From Eledone cirrhosa (Eukaryota): a stretch of DNA of 64,000 nucleotides. The notes under the pieces were generated by a model. It was not told where the DNA came from. It searched no databases and worked only from the letters and a program-made list of their open reading frames with translations. The stretch lies in NCBI GenBank assembly GCA_964016885.1, contig CAXHJY010000547.1, positions 62,001 through 126,000 of the forward strand, read 5' to 3'. How positions within the stretch are numbered: the stretch's first letter is position 1; each line of letters opens with the position of its first letter. Below are positions 41,276 to 55,180 of the stretch, piece by piece. The translations under genes and the position numbers were made by a program.

Positions 41276-41677
41276 GGCGATCACTTAAATAAACATACTA
41301 ATTTTCCGTCACTAATTTTCTAATGCAGTTTATATATAATATCGTCTTTTTTTAATGTATCATGGATTACGTTACTGATTACATAAGACAGTGTAACAAC
41401 GTCTTGTTCAATTTCTGTTTATATTGTCAATTACGATTTTATTTGATGTATCATATCTACATATATATATATACCTGCGTATAATATCAATATACACACT
41501 ACACATGCTAGCAGATAACCACCCGAAAGGTGGTTTTTCTGGTAGTATATATGGTAGAAAATGAAGGGAATCCCTTGGTACAGTAATATAAATTTGAAAA
41601 AAGGAGGAAGAATGTCTTCACTTGTGGTTGATGTTCTTTAATAATTCAAATCTATACAATAAGTTGTTATTGTGTGC

Positions 41678-41731
<54 letters not shown>

Positions 41732-41734
41732 AGC

Positions 41735-41860
41735 CATCCTTTCGTATGTAGTTGCCAGCTGAGAGAAAGTACTCAAAACCGAAGAGTTCTTGTCTGCTGG
41801 CCCTGTGATAAACAGGCGAAACTCCAGAGCAACGACTCACTTTTTAGCCTTAGTATAAAT
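41735..41860 (+). mobile_element. TA-flanked element with degenerate HHR; family also at 46540-46700 and 50075-50215
   Basis: 46543-46584 reads TGATGA-ccctgt gataa acagg-cGAAA-ctctagag-TA-acgac (palindromic helix III). 41790-41836 is the mutated equivalent. Confidence 0.65.
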
Positions 41861-41870
41861 GTATATATAT

Positions 41871-41931
<61 letters not shown>

Positions 41932-42767
41932 GATAACAAGTTATCGCAAATAAATTCGATAATTTCAAACCAACTTGATTCGACCCAACAATCCCATAAT
42001 TTAAATTATACCACCTGAGTCTATTATAATAACCCATTATCATCAATGTTGTTATTATTGTTATTAACTGTCAATGAATCACCATAACCTATTATATTTT
42101 CTCTCTTTCATTTTCTATCTTTCAATTTCTTTCCCTAAATATATTTCATCTCTTATATTATTACCTATCGTATTATCTTCACTGCTAATTTATTAATTTA
42201 TTAATATAAATAATACATGTATGAATATATTTAATATTTTCATGTTTATACCATCACATATTTATATTTTAACTATCAACACCACAACTATTTTCAACAA
42301 TCATATTATGTTCATTTTCTTCGCGCACATTCAATTTATTTTTTTTTTTTTTATCATCTTCGCTTTAACTTATTTATTCATTTATTATCACTACTTTTAT
42401 TTTTTATTTTTATTTTCCTTTTTATTTTTATTTTTATTTTTATTTTTATTTTTATTTTTTTTATTTTTATTTTTATTTCTATTTTTTTCTCTACTCTTTT
42501 TTCTTCTTTCTTTCTTTTTCCTCTATCTTTTTCTTTTTTCTTTTTCTTTTTCTTTTTCTTTTTCTTTTTTCTTTTTCTTTTTCTTTCTTTATTACTGATG
42601 TTGTAATTTGAATTTGTAAACGCTATGTATAATTTTTGGTTAAGCATATTTCGTATGCTTAAGCATGGTTAAGCATATTTCGTATTTAAAATTGAGTGAC
42701 ACAACTTCAAGTGATTAGCAATTTTAAGACAACTTAATCAATGAAGCAGTTGTTAATACTGAATATA

Positions 42768-42849
42768 TAATCTTGAACTATTATATATACTAGCAGAAAA
42801 CCACCCTAAGGGTGGTTTTTCTGCTAGTATATATAATAGTTCAAGATTA
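42768..42849. repeat. Near-perfect palindrome; core also at ~41509-41547
   Basis: taatcttgaactattatatatactagcagaaaaccaccc taa gggtggtttttctgctagtatatataatagttcaagatta. Confidence 0.85.
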
Positions 42850-44237
42850 CAAAAAAAAGACAAGCACCAATACAGTCACAGTCTTAGTTCCACGCTTAAT
42901 GGTGGCTATAGGAGTTAGAAGACATTTTCTCAAGATTGATCCCCAGAACTACGTGGTAGCATGGCCACGTCTGTACATATATTTTCAGTGCTGTGCAATA
43001 GCGACTATTTTCGTCGACCCCATTTTCCTCTGGAGAAATATGTTAGAATTGGTTTCGTGTTGTCTTCATTGAGAATAATTGGAGGGTTGGATTAGCGAAG
43101 TGTTTCCCATACCAACGATATATAGTTTTATCTGTTAAATCAGGAAGGTTGAAGTATTCTGTCGTCTGTTTAAGTCTAGTTATAGCTTGTTACTTCGTGT
43201 CATTGCTTCATAGCTCATTATTTGTTGTGTCGGCTGCCACATAGCTTTTATACAGAGAAGAAGAAATATGAGCCAACTAGGAAATCTGTAAGCCACAGAC
43301 CTGCTGGAAATACCAACCAAATCTCCTACATATCACATATTTAACCGTATTTAAACCTTTTGTTACCATATTTCTAATAAAATAATTTTGAAAATAATAG
43401 TAAATTGAAAGATATTTAGTAATGTAACTAAATTTCTCATTACTAAGCTGGTGTTTGGAACACAACGATGGTTCTTACATTTTGATGGAATGTTTTTAGA
43501 TATAGTAAAATGACCTTAACTCTTGATAAATCGTAGGGACTCCGTCTTCACACATAGCTTGCTTTGGGCATTTAAAACCTGGTGGAGTCCATCCTTATCC
43601 ACCTGGGACAGGTGGGAATATATTTACATCGGTGACCTAGCTCAAGTGCTTAGTAGATTTCACGAAAGACATCCAAGGGCCGGGGGGACGTGGTAAGCTG
43701 CGTGACGGATTGTCTACCACTTCAGTAAACCACAGTGGGTGTTTTTTATTTGGTAAGTCTAGAGGAAGGGACAGTGGCGTTGACCTGTACAGGTTCCATG
43801 ATCGAAGAGATGTCGTTTATGTTACATCAGTAGTGAGTTTCAGCAGGCCGACCTTTGAACAGAGAATAGAAAAACATCGTAATTTTCCTACACTCTAAAA
43901 ACTCTGCCAATTCGCCCTAGCAGGTCTGTTAGGTTGGACCTCCGCCATTTTCAACCATGAGTGTTTCAGTTGTTTCATCAACAGACTGCATGCAAGTGTC
44001 TGAGCATTCTACGAACACGTGTATCTTGAACATACTTCTTAGGGAGATTCAGCATGGCAGTGTAACACACGGCTGGTCCTTTGAATCACAGACACAACTC
44101 ATTTTTGCCAGCTGAGTGGACTGGAGTAAAGTGAAATAAAGTATCTTGCTGAAGGGCTCAACTGGAAGCTTTGTAACACCGGCTCCCCAACAAGACAGAA
44201 TCTAGAGTGTGACCTGTCACTATTCTAACACTAAAGT

Positions 44238-45008
44238 GGTCCACTGTCAACTGGTTTAGTTGCGACCCACTGTCAACTGGTCTAGTTGTGTCACTGTCAA
44301 CTGGTTTAGTTGCGACTCGCTGTCAACTGGTATAGTTGTGTCACTGTCAACTGGTTTAGTTGTGACCCACTGTCAACTGGTTTAGTTGTGACCCACTGTC
44401 AGCTGGTTTAGTTGTGACCCACTGTCAACTGGTTTAGTTGTGGTCCAGTGTCAACTGGTTTAGTTGTGGTCCAGTGTCAACTGGTCTAGTTGTGACCCAC
44501 TGTCAACTGGTTTAGTTGTCACTGTCAACTGGTTTAGTTGTGGTCCACTGTCAACTGGTTTAGTTGTGGCCCACTGTCAACTGGTCTAGTTGTGACACTG
44601 TCAACTGGTTTAGTTGTGGTCCAGTCAACTGGTTTAGTTGTGACCCACTGTCAACTGGTTTAGTTGTGACCCACTGCCAACTGGTTTAGTCCCGACACTG
44701 TCAACTGGTTTAGTTGTGAACCACTGTCAACTGGTTTAGTTGTGGTCCAGTGTCAACTGGTTTAGTTGTGGTCCACTGTCAACTGGTTTAGTTGTGAGCC
44801 ACTGTCAACTGGTTTAGTTGTGAGCCACTGTCAACTGGTTTAGTTGTGACCCACTGTCAACTGGTTTAGTTGTGACCCACTGTCAACTGGTTTAGTTGTG
44901 ACCCACTGTCAACTGGTTTAGTTGTGAGCCACTGTCAACTGGTTTAGTTGTGAGCCACTGTCAACTGGTTTAGTTGTGAGACACTGTCAACTGGTTTAGT
45001 TGTGGCCC
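44238..45008. repeat. 26-bp minisatellite, about 29 copies
   Basis: cactgtcaactggtttagttgtgacc. Confidence 0.97.
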
Positions 45009-48000
45009 AGACCTTCCAAACTTGTTATATCCCAACCAACATCTTTCTATTTCATTCTCTTTCACAGCAGCACGTTGGTGGTGTTACTGGTCACGTGGCT
45101 GGTACTAATCTGCCTACACACCTACACATACACCTACCCACCTATACACCTACACACCCACATACGCATATTCCCACACACATCTACCTACCTATCCATC
45201 GTGCCTTCTCACCAACATACCTACCTACCTACCTACCCACCTACCCACCTACCTACCTACCTCCATACCTACCTACCTACCTACCTACCTACCCACCTCC
45301 TTACCTACCTACCCATTCTATTAGATTTTCTATTTATATTCATCGTTCTCATTTAAAAACAAACAATTACCCTGTATTCTATTGGTCGCTGTCTTGTGTC
45401 AAAATCGGTAGAGCGTCAGACACAGTGTGGTGTATAGCTACGTCTCTCTCGAACATACTTAGATCAACTTATTTTGCTAAATCTTCACTGTCCAGGTGAA
45501 CTTTTCCTTTCATCCTTCCATTATCGACTAAGTACCAGTCAAGTACTGGGTTCGATTTAATCGAAACCCCCCCCCCCCATATAGGGGACATTGTGCTTAT
45601 ATCGATTTAATATGTTAGATATGTATGTTGAGGGGGCGAGTTGGCAGAGTCGTTAGAACATTGGGTAGAATGCTTTGTGGTATTCATTCCAGCTTTCTGA
45701 GTTCAAATCCCGCCGAGGTCAACTTTACCTTTCATTCACTCGAGGTCGATAAAAAAAAGTATCAGTCTAATACTGGGGTCGATTCTTCCTCTATATCTCT
45801 TTCTCATTTCCATTTTGTCACTTCCTCTATTCTTCTCTGGAAGAAATCTGATGTATTCAGATCTAGAGAGGAGGTAGCCTCCACCAGGTTTAAAACTGCC
45901 CTCGAAACATCGTCTCTCAGTACGGTACCTCTACTACACCTTCAGGCATTACGGGACCATACATATATATATATATAAATGCAATTTCATTTCTCACTCT
46001 TAGTCAGTGTTGAACAAAAGGGCAACGATGGTTGCCGAACACTGTACGGCTTAATTCGGGTTGTTTGTTTACAAACAACCCGAGCATTATAATAAATGTT
46101 CGGTAAACCCATACGTACATATATATATATATATGTGTGTACATGTCTGTATGTATATACATACTACTGTACGTCTGTATACATATATGTATGTACGTAT
46201 ACATACTTATATCATATATATATATTTCTAAATAAAATAACTTAGGTTTTTCTTAACATCTACCGAATTATTTGTTATTCGGATATATATTGGCTGACCT
46301 TAACTTTCATACACAAAATCCTACGAGGATAAACCATTTTAACATTTTAAAAATAGATATTTATTTTTTTCTTATATAAAATAACTAGCTCTTTTTTTTT
46401 AATATTTATAAAATTGTTTGGAAACTTATATTGATAGATTTAGAACCAAAGCTTAAACAAGTGACGAGGCACATTTATTAAGTAAAAAATTAGTTTCTCA
46501 TAATATGAATTACTATTTAAAAGCAGTGTGTACTCACACATATGATGACCCTGTGATAAACAGGCGAAACTCTAGAGTAACGACTTACTATTTAGCCTCA
46601 ATAAAATGAACACACACACGTGTGTGTGGTGTTGACGGGCGTGAGAATGACTTCTCAATACCGAAATAAAGTTTAAATATTCTTTATTATGGCTATATTA
46701 CTCCATAACTTATTTGAATTCTTAGATGTATTTGTGAGGGAGGTGTGCTGAAAGCTATCCCACCCCGCGGTCTAGTTATTGTCCTCTCCATTCCGATCAC
46801 AGCGACTAGGGAGGTGATTTGGGGACCCAGGCTGCCTGATGATTCTACTATAGTGGCTTCAATATGAAGACAGTACATCTCGTGGGTCTCGTTCCTGCGT
46901 GTGGCTGTCTCCATCTCTATCATAATAGGCTAATGGATTAGAGACCCATATGCCAGAAACAACGATTTAAGTGGTTATAAGAATTATATTCTCCATAATC
47001 CGAATGTTTTCTCCGATGCTTCCAAATTGTTTGAAAACTTCTATAGGTAGCTCTGAAGTTTCACAACCAAAACTTAATTCAATAACTTATATTGATTTTA
47101 TTTGAAGGCGGCGATTTGGCAGAGTTGTTAGAGCGTCAGGTAATATGCTTTGCGGTATTCCTTTCGGTTCTCTGAGTTTAAATTCCGCTGAGGTCAACTT
47201 TGCCTTTTATTGACCTTTCGAAGTCGATAAAAGAAGTACCAGTCTAATACAGCGGTCGATTATTTCCAGGGGTAGACCCCGAGCAAGATGGCTAGATAAC
47301 ATCCAGCCTGTCTCGCTCGGGGATCCAGCCGGATCAGTTGGAGACGGTTGTTTCTGACAGGACCCGCTGGAAGTAGTGTTTGAGGACTCTGCCCCCATGA
47401 CCCTCTCAGGAATAAGTGAATGAAGAAGAAGAATTCGACTGTGTTTAGACCTGGAAAGAGATGGGCTCCGCTAGGTTTAAAGTGCCGAAGTCATGGTATG
47501 TCAAGACAGGGGGGTCCTCACAACTCTACCAGGAGATACGGTTACATATATTTATTGTTTTTATGCTTATCGAAATGTTTGGAAAGTTACATCGGCAGAG
47601 CTGAAGTTTCACGGTCAATACTTATGAAGTGAATGCCTCGTTATAAAATTAATTTCTATTTAATATAACTTATTAAAAATATCATTAGAGGTTTTCTATT
47701 TCCTAGGTTACTGTAAATATTCCTGTATGATCCAAATATATATACACCCTCCCTATGTATATACACAGTCCGACACCTATCGTCACCATGAAATATTACC
47801 ATCGATGGATTCCGATAATTGAAAGTTAGCGGTGGGCGAATGGGTTAAAAAACCCATAAGTAAACAACTATTGTTTTATAGGAGGGGCGATGAAGAGGGG
47901 TGTGCCCTATGGTAAATAGTAATTTACTACCAATACTACTACTACTGTTGCTATTACTACTATAAACGGCTGTTCTTACTACTGACTGATTTGAGAGTGA

Positions 48001-48824
48001 TCCTCTGTTGCTGCTGCTACTACTACTATCTCTTGATGTTTGGATTGATATTGTAAGAGATAGAGATAGGGACAAAGAGAAACGAAGAGAAGAGATTAGA
48101 TAGATAGATAGATAGAGGGAGAGATATATGAAGATTGATAGATATTTAGAGATAAATATATAGATAGATCTAATTACTGGGACGCTTGAGAGAGAGTGCG
48201 TGCAAGAGAGAGGAAGGGAGAGTGAGAGATTTAATTAGTGAATGAGTATGTGTCAGAGTGGGCGAGAGTCAGGCAGTGTGAGAGAGAGGGAGAAGGGGAG
48301 GGAGAGCTGTCTTCTAATTGAATGCTATATCTTTCTTCTTCATCCTCACCATCACCAACAGCAGCAGTAGTAGTAGCAGTAGTTGTAGTCTAGGGACTTC
48401 CAACTGTTATCAACTTCACAATATACACAAGACTATATAACATCTCTTTCTCTCCCTCTCTCATTCAAGCAGACACAACACCAAAGTCGGTCCATGCTTT
48501 CTCTGGTGCCTGTATTATCAACTCAGTAGTCTTACTACTCACGTAACACCGCCAGTACCATCATGTGTGTATATATATAACGACCTAAGCGTGGTTGCTA
48601 TACTAGTATAACACCAAGCTTCCTCATTTACAGATATACACACATATATATACATACACAAACATACACACTTATATATACACACACACATATATATATA
48701 CATACATATATATCTATATACATACACACATATTTTTCCCCTCCCCACCGGTGCCATTTTAAAAAACAAAATCTATTTTGTTGCCGTCCTTTTGCGGTTT
48801 AAGAAACCAATTTGACCCACAGAC

Positions 48825-48893
48825 ATGTCTTTAGTTCCAATGTTAAGTCGAACCCGGAGGCCCTCGGCTGCGATCTTAGAAAAAGATATCAAG
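48825..48893 (+). CDS. Putative first coding exon MSLVPMLSRTRRPSAAILEKDIK
   Basis: gacATG start, 23 open codons, CpG-containing, AAG|gtgagg donor. Preceded by ~1 kb of AG/CAG/TAC-rich 5'-UTR-like sequence. Confidence 0.45.
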
Positions 48894-49301
48894 GTGAGGA
48901 TATTGTCTTTTTAAATCATTGTTTTTATTTTTATTATTATTATTATAACTAAATAGATTATTACTGTGAGGCAGGACAAAATATTAATAACAGAAGGATA
49001 GACAAATCACTCAATTACATACATATACACACACATACATGATAAATACACACACACCTATATATACATACACACATGTATATATATGTGTGTTAACAGT
49101 TTGACTTATTTTTGCTCAATGGAACTGTTATGAAATATTTTCAACTTCCAGTGTTGATTGCTCTTTTCTTTCGTTTGTAATCATCTCTCTCACACACACA
49201 TACATACACACACTCACTCCCTCTCTCTCACTCTATCTCTCTCTTTATATATATATATATATATATACATATATAATGTGTGTGTGTATAATTATAAAGT
49301 A

Positions 49302-49586
49302 AAAGGTGGCAGTGATTTCGAAGTTTAGGCAAGTACCACTTCTATAACAAAAGAGGCACTAGCTGAAACTTCGAAGTTACTACCACCTTTGTTCCCCCCA
49401 ACCCAGAAAATATACCTCTGTGCTCTGCTCACATGTGTTGAGTACTCACTAAGTTAATGTTTAAACGTTTACACAGCCATGTGTGTGTTATTGACTTGAG
49501 TAAGATCATTGATTTAGTGTTGAACTCCATACTTTACACTAGTGTAGGTATTCGAGACAAACGGCTGAAGGTTCATCGTAGGACCT
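49302..49586 (+). mobile_element. Fold-back element (palindrome 49302-49390) with HHR 3' half
   Basis: GAAA-cttcgaag-TT at 49365-49378, gagtactc downstream, ends in (TA)n. Confidence 0.6.
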
Positions 49587-49608
49587 ATATATATATATAT
49601 ATTTTTTT

Positions 49609-50046
49609 TTCAAAATATTAATAAATGAATACGTTCACATAATCAAAATATATGTTTTATTATATATATTTCGGAGGTACTGTGCTGTTTTTTCAGTACG
49701 CCCTCGTCAGATAAAATACATAAATTGATGTATGACATACCTCAACGGTCTTGATGGTTCAATTCCAGTCTTGGCAGTACTGTCAATACTGGAATTGAAC
49801 CATCAAGATAGTTGAGGTATGTCATACATCAATTCATATATTTTATCTGATGAGGGCGTACTGAAAAAACAGCACAGTACCTCTGAAATATATATAATAA
49901 AACATATATTTTGAATATGTGAACGTATTCATTTATTAATATTTTGAATAATATTACTAACTCCAGAAAATTTGTGCTGTAGAGGGCTTTTAATCTATTG
50001 TAAAACTATATTCATTGAGTAATCAATGAATCATATTAACTTTGGT
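49609..50046. mobile_element. PLE terminal-repeat derivative: spacerless 340-bp palindrome with an HHR in each arm
   Basis: Arms 49609-49778 and 49779-49948. HHR at 49841-49902 (+, CTGATGA) and 49655-49716 (-, CTGACGA). Homologous to 36500-36765. Confidence 0.82.
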
Positions 50047-50079
<33 letters not shown>

Positions 50080-51739
50080 ATGTGGTTGACGGCTGAGAGA
50101 GAAGTACTCAATACCGAAGTAGAGTTTTAATATTCATTATATTAAGGCTAAGTAGTGAGTCGTGTTACACTGGATCCAGAGTAACAAGACCCACTATTTA
50201 GCCATAATAAAACTATATGCACACATATAGGATAGAATTCCTGCTGGTATATACAATACACGAGGAATAGAGAATATTCGATATTCAATACATGCTGTAA
50301 CAATGGAAGTCAAAACTTGTGTAATATTAAAAGTGAAGTTTCAGCTTACGATAGATTTGATGTTGTAATATTGTTGTTGCTGTTGTTATTAAAGAGTGGT
50401 AGATTGGCAAAATCGATAGTGCCGAACAAAATGCTTGACAACAATTAGGGCGTTCTGAGTTCAACTCCCACCGAGGTCAACTTTACCTTTTATCCTTCTG
50501 GAGTCGATAGTGATAAGAAACTCCGAGGAGAGCCGGTCAGTAGGTTAGAAAAAACCTCTCTCAAGCGAGTCTTTCAGCCCTTAACTGCTAGGTAATTAAG
50601 TACATTTACAGATCAACAACGTGGGGTCGATATAATCGATTTCTACTTCTTCGCCTTCCCCTAAATTGCCGGCCTTGTTCCTAAATCAGAAATCATTAAC
50701 TAAAATATAGAGATAGTGCATTTGTGGATCAGTTGTAAATACATGTGTACCTTTACTGAAGCAGACATTTAGCTGAGCTAAAACGTGCATGGACACACGC
50801 ACGGGAAAGAGCATGTGCATAGACACATGTGTACACATGGATGTACGTGTGTGTAAGTGTGATATATATGTGTATATGTGTATTTCTGTATGTGTGTAGG
50901 TGTAACACATCCCAAGCAGCTTTCGTCAATCTCTGGATCTGATATTGAGTAAGAAGGTCGATTTTTTTTTTAACGACAGTCTATAATAAACTTTAATAGT
51001 GTGTGTGTGTGTGTATATATATTTATACACACACATACAGTAAATCACTGGGGTCGATCTAAAAGACTTTCCCTCCCCCAAAATTGCTGGCCTTGTGCCT
51101 AAATCAGAAACCATTGATTATAGCACACCTCCCTGTTAACAAACATTTCTTTATATGTATTTATGTATTTTTAATTTCCTCATACCCGTATGTATGTTTA
51201 TGTATACACCATACGCTAGTAGTTTGTTTTACACATAAATATAATATAGTTTTTACGTTTGGCACAAGGCCAGCAATTACCCAGTGCATTACTGGTACTT
51301 TATTTTATCGACCCCGTAAGGATGAAAGGCAAAGTTAACCTCGGCGGGATTTGAACTCAGAATGGCAAGGACCGTAACTCTATGCGTCAAAGCATGGCGT
51401 CCGACCCTCTACCGATACTGCCAATCCACCGCCCTAATATTATATATATGTATATATGAAAATGTTTAACACCGACGGCAGAGCTCAAGCCGTTTCGACG
51501 GCTATTTCAGAAATAGTCGTCGAAACGGCTTGAGCTCTGCCGCCGGAGTTAAACATTTTTCTATTACCCACTCTACTACCCTAAGTATTGAGTACTCTGG
51601 TGCGTTATGGTCCACCTGGTTCCTTACCACACCTCCTTCGTTATTTCGTTATATATATATATATATTGTATCGTGGTTTTGGAAAAACTACTTTGTTTTT
51701 ATCGGCTAAAAATACTCTCTTGCAGTTTATTTGTACCAT

Positions 51740-52790
51740 CTGTGTGTTTCATGCCTTCATCTTTGCACACTTATTCCTGGAAGGGTCGTGGCGTCAGAGT
51801 CCTCAAACACTTTTTCCATCAGGTCCTGTCAGAAGCAACCGTCTTCAATTACCCGGTTGGGGCGCCAAGCAAGATCAGCCAAATCTCATGGATGTTATCC
51901 AACCATCTTACTCAGGGTCTACCCCTGGGTCTCCTGCCGGCTGGTTTTACCCGTAAAATCTTTCCAGTGATTCTTTCCTGAGATATTCTAACCACATGTC
52001 TATAGTATCGGAGCTGTGATCTCTCAGTTCGGAGAAGTAGTGGCTCTACCTGGAGTGACTCTCCAGTGATTCTTTCCTGAGATATTCTAACCACATGTCC
52101 ATAGTATCGGAGCTGTGATCTCTCAGTTCGGAGAAGTAGTGGCTCTACCTGGAGTGACTCTCCAGTGATTCTTTCCTGAGATATTCTAACCACATGTCCA
52201 TAGTATCGGAGCTGTGATCTCTCAGTTCGGAGAAGTAGTGGCTCTACCTGGAGTGACTCTCCAGTGATTCTTTCCTGAGATATTCTAACCACATGTCCAT
52301 AGTATCGGAGCTGTGATCTCTCAGTTCGGAGAAGTAGTGGCTCTACCTGGAGTGACTCTCCAGTGATTCTTTCCTGAGATATTCTAACCACATGTCCATA
52401 GTATCGGAGCTGTGATCTCTCAGTTCGGAGAAGTAGTGGCTCTACCTGGAGTGACTCTCCAGTGATTCTTTCCTGAGATATTCTAACCACGTGTCCATAG
52501 TATCGGAGCTGTGATCTCTCAGTTCGGAGAAGTAGTGGCTCTACCTGGAGTGACTCTCCAGTGATTCTTTCCTGAGATATTCTAACCACATGTCCATAGT
52601 ATCGGAGCTGTGATCTCTCAGTTCGGAGAAGTAGTGGCTCTACCTGCAGTGACTCTCCAGTGATTCTTTCCTGAGATATTCTAACCACGTGTCCATAGTA
52701 TCGGAGCTGTGATCTCTCAGTTCGGAGTAGTAGTGGCTCTACTTTTTCATGGCCGAATGTTGAAGCTGGCAACGGGTCGCATTTGGCAGA
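51740..52790 (-). mobile_element. Second RTE family 3' fragment with in-frame 99-bp x8 amplification
   Basis: (VEPLLLRTERSQLRYYGHVVRISQERITGESLQ)x8, then RRPRGRP. A related fragment lies at ~47270-47420 (+). Confidence 0.88.
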
Positions 52791-53409
52791 TAACGATACC
52801 GCCGACGAATAAGCAGCCCCTGACCATCAGCGGTAAACTACTCGGGGAGATGGAGCAATGGATAACACTATTAGCTCCCAAGAAAACTCACAACCCTGTG
52901 ATGTAGCTACGTTAAGGCGAGTAAAGGCCGCCTAAAAAAAACAAGCCTAGTCTTCGTGGGTCTGTTTATTGTGACTGACGCGAATAAGATGGCCAAAATA
53001 CTGCAATATAGTTAGATGAAATAAAAGCATTATACAAGTATCGTCCTTCGCGCGCGGTAACAAGGGAGGCTTAGGTAGAGGGGCCTGGTCGGAAATATAT
53101 TGTTGTCTCCATCCAACGCATCAAGAACTGGCGATCGGCCTACACCCTGTCCTGGGAGGCGTGGGGTGAATGAGATTATAGTGTCGACCTGATGTGGTTA
53201 GGGAACTCTGTACTGACCTTTCACTTGAAAGTGCAGATAGTCCTATCGTGACCAACCTGCTTTTTTAAAGGCTACCTCAGACTGTTAGCTAAAGTGTTCT
53301 TTGAGTTTTTTAAGTCGGCATTCCGTGGTTGCAGGGAAGTTTGGCTGCCTCTTCTAGCATGTTGGTTCACCATGTTGTAGAGTTCGCTTCATTCAGTAAA
53401 AAAGTTCAC

Positions 53410-53812
53410 CAAGTTTGTTGACTTGGCTGCTATTTCTAGCATGTCAGAAGTGTTACCTTCTTTAGTTGACTTGGCTGCTATTTCTAGCATGTTAGCTACG
53501 ATAGTTGACTTGGCTGCTTTTTCTAGCATGTTAGTTACGTTAGTTGACGTGGCTGCTATTTCTAGCATGTCAGAAGTGTTAGCTACGTTAGTTGACTTGG
53601 CTGCTATTTCTAGCATGTTAGCTACGTTAGTTGACTTGGATACTATTTCTAACATGTTAGTTACGTTAGTTGACCTGGCTGCTATTTCTAGCATGTCAGA
53701 AGTGTTACCTTCGTTTGTTGACGTGGCTGCTATTTCTAGCATATTAGCTACGTTAGTTGAGGTGGCTGCTATTTCTAGCATGTCAGAAGTGTTAGCTAAG
53801 TTCGTTGACTTC
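53410..53812. repeat. 39/48-bp minisatellite
   Basis: gttgacttggctgctatttctagcatg.. variants. Confidence 0.93.
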
Positions 53813-53951
53813 AACTGTTAGCTGTTCCATATGTTTATGTTTTATACATAACAATTGAGATATGTTACCTAAGTCAGTCCCTGCCCCCCCCTCTCTGTGC
53901 GCGCGCTTCTGTCTGTCTATTTGTGGCTGTTGTCATTACTAATGTGTGTGT

Positions 53952-53996
<45 letters not shown>

Positions 53997-54027
53997 CATA
54001 CACACACACACATATATATATATATAT

Positions 54028-54110
<83 letters not shown>

Positions 54111-54313
54111 CATACATACATACACACACATACATACAATTTTATATATATATATACACAGTAGTAATGTATGTATATATATAATATTGAAAAGAAGATC
54201 AGACTTAATTATATTATTCTTACGAGGTCGATAAAATAAAGTACCAGTAATGCACTGGGATAATTGTCGGCATTGTGCCAAAAGTAGAAATAATTATATT
54301 TTACTTAACGCAC

Positions 54314-54416
<103 letters not shown>

Positions 54417-55098
54417 CGAAATTCTTTCCTTACTCACATTTCGACCAGGTTTGATGGTCTTTATTCTCTCTCGTCCACGATTTCAGAGACTTGACTTCTT
54501 CTTCCTCACTTTTCGTTGCATTACCATCTTTGATTGTTTACTGTCTCGCTCGTTCCCCATATTTATGTGTCCCAACGACTTTCTTTAGCCGTTGCTCGCA
54601 CCAACCGGAGGTATATGGTCTTTAAAGCGATGAAATACCAATGAAGGTTGGAAGATCACTGATGAAGGACTAAATTTATTCATGGTGTTTCAGTACGTTT
54701 TCATCAGATAAAATATATATGAGATTGGATGTGCGACATACCGCTAAGGTACTTGAATCTTCAATTCCTGTAGTGGCATATATATATATATCTTATTTTT
54801 TATCATTTATTTTTTGGACCTGTTTAGCTTGATTTGGTTTTTGGCTTGGGTGGTTAATGCTTTCTTGACCACCTTTTCAGTTTTGTATGGCTTCTTAACA
54901 CATTGTTTAGCTCTGGTTTTTAACTATTGAGCACTTTGCCAGTATTATTTCTGATTTTTGCGTTTGGCTTCGCTTTTCCTGCCCGCCGAAAATGCGATTC
55001 TCGCTGAATCTTTATTTGTATATATATATATATCCGAAATAAATGTGATTGTTTCATGTGTTTATTTTAAATATATATATATATATATGTCAATCAAT

Positions 55099-55180
55099 TG
55101 CTTTTACCGACGGTTTCACCTTACAAAAGATTGGATATCCTAGGGATCTCCAATGGAAATGTTCGGATCATCAGAGAGCA
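55099..55180 (-). ncRNA. Hammerhead ribozyme motif with long helix II
   Basis: Reverse complement tgctct-CTGATGA-(~50 nt hairpin)-GAAA-ccgtcgg-TA-aaagca. Lies inside a TA-flanked segment 55090-55316. Confidence 0.68.

Noticed and set aside
42850-43270. Ancient RTE-like coding remnant on minus strand
   Set aside because: Only vague motif resemblance; not alignable by eye.
45860-45925. Possible HHR (cGAAAcatcgTCtctc)
   Set aside because: No properly placed CTGANGA or helix II found.
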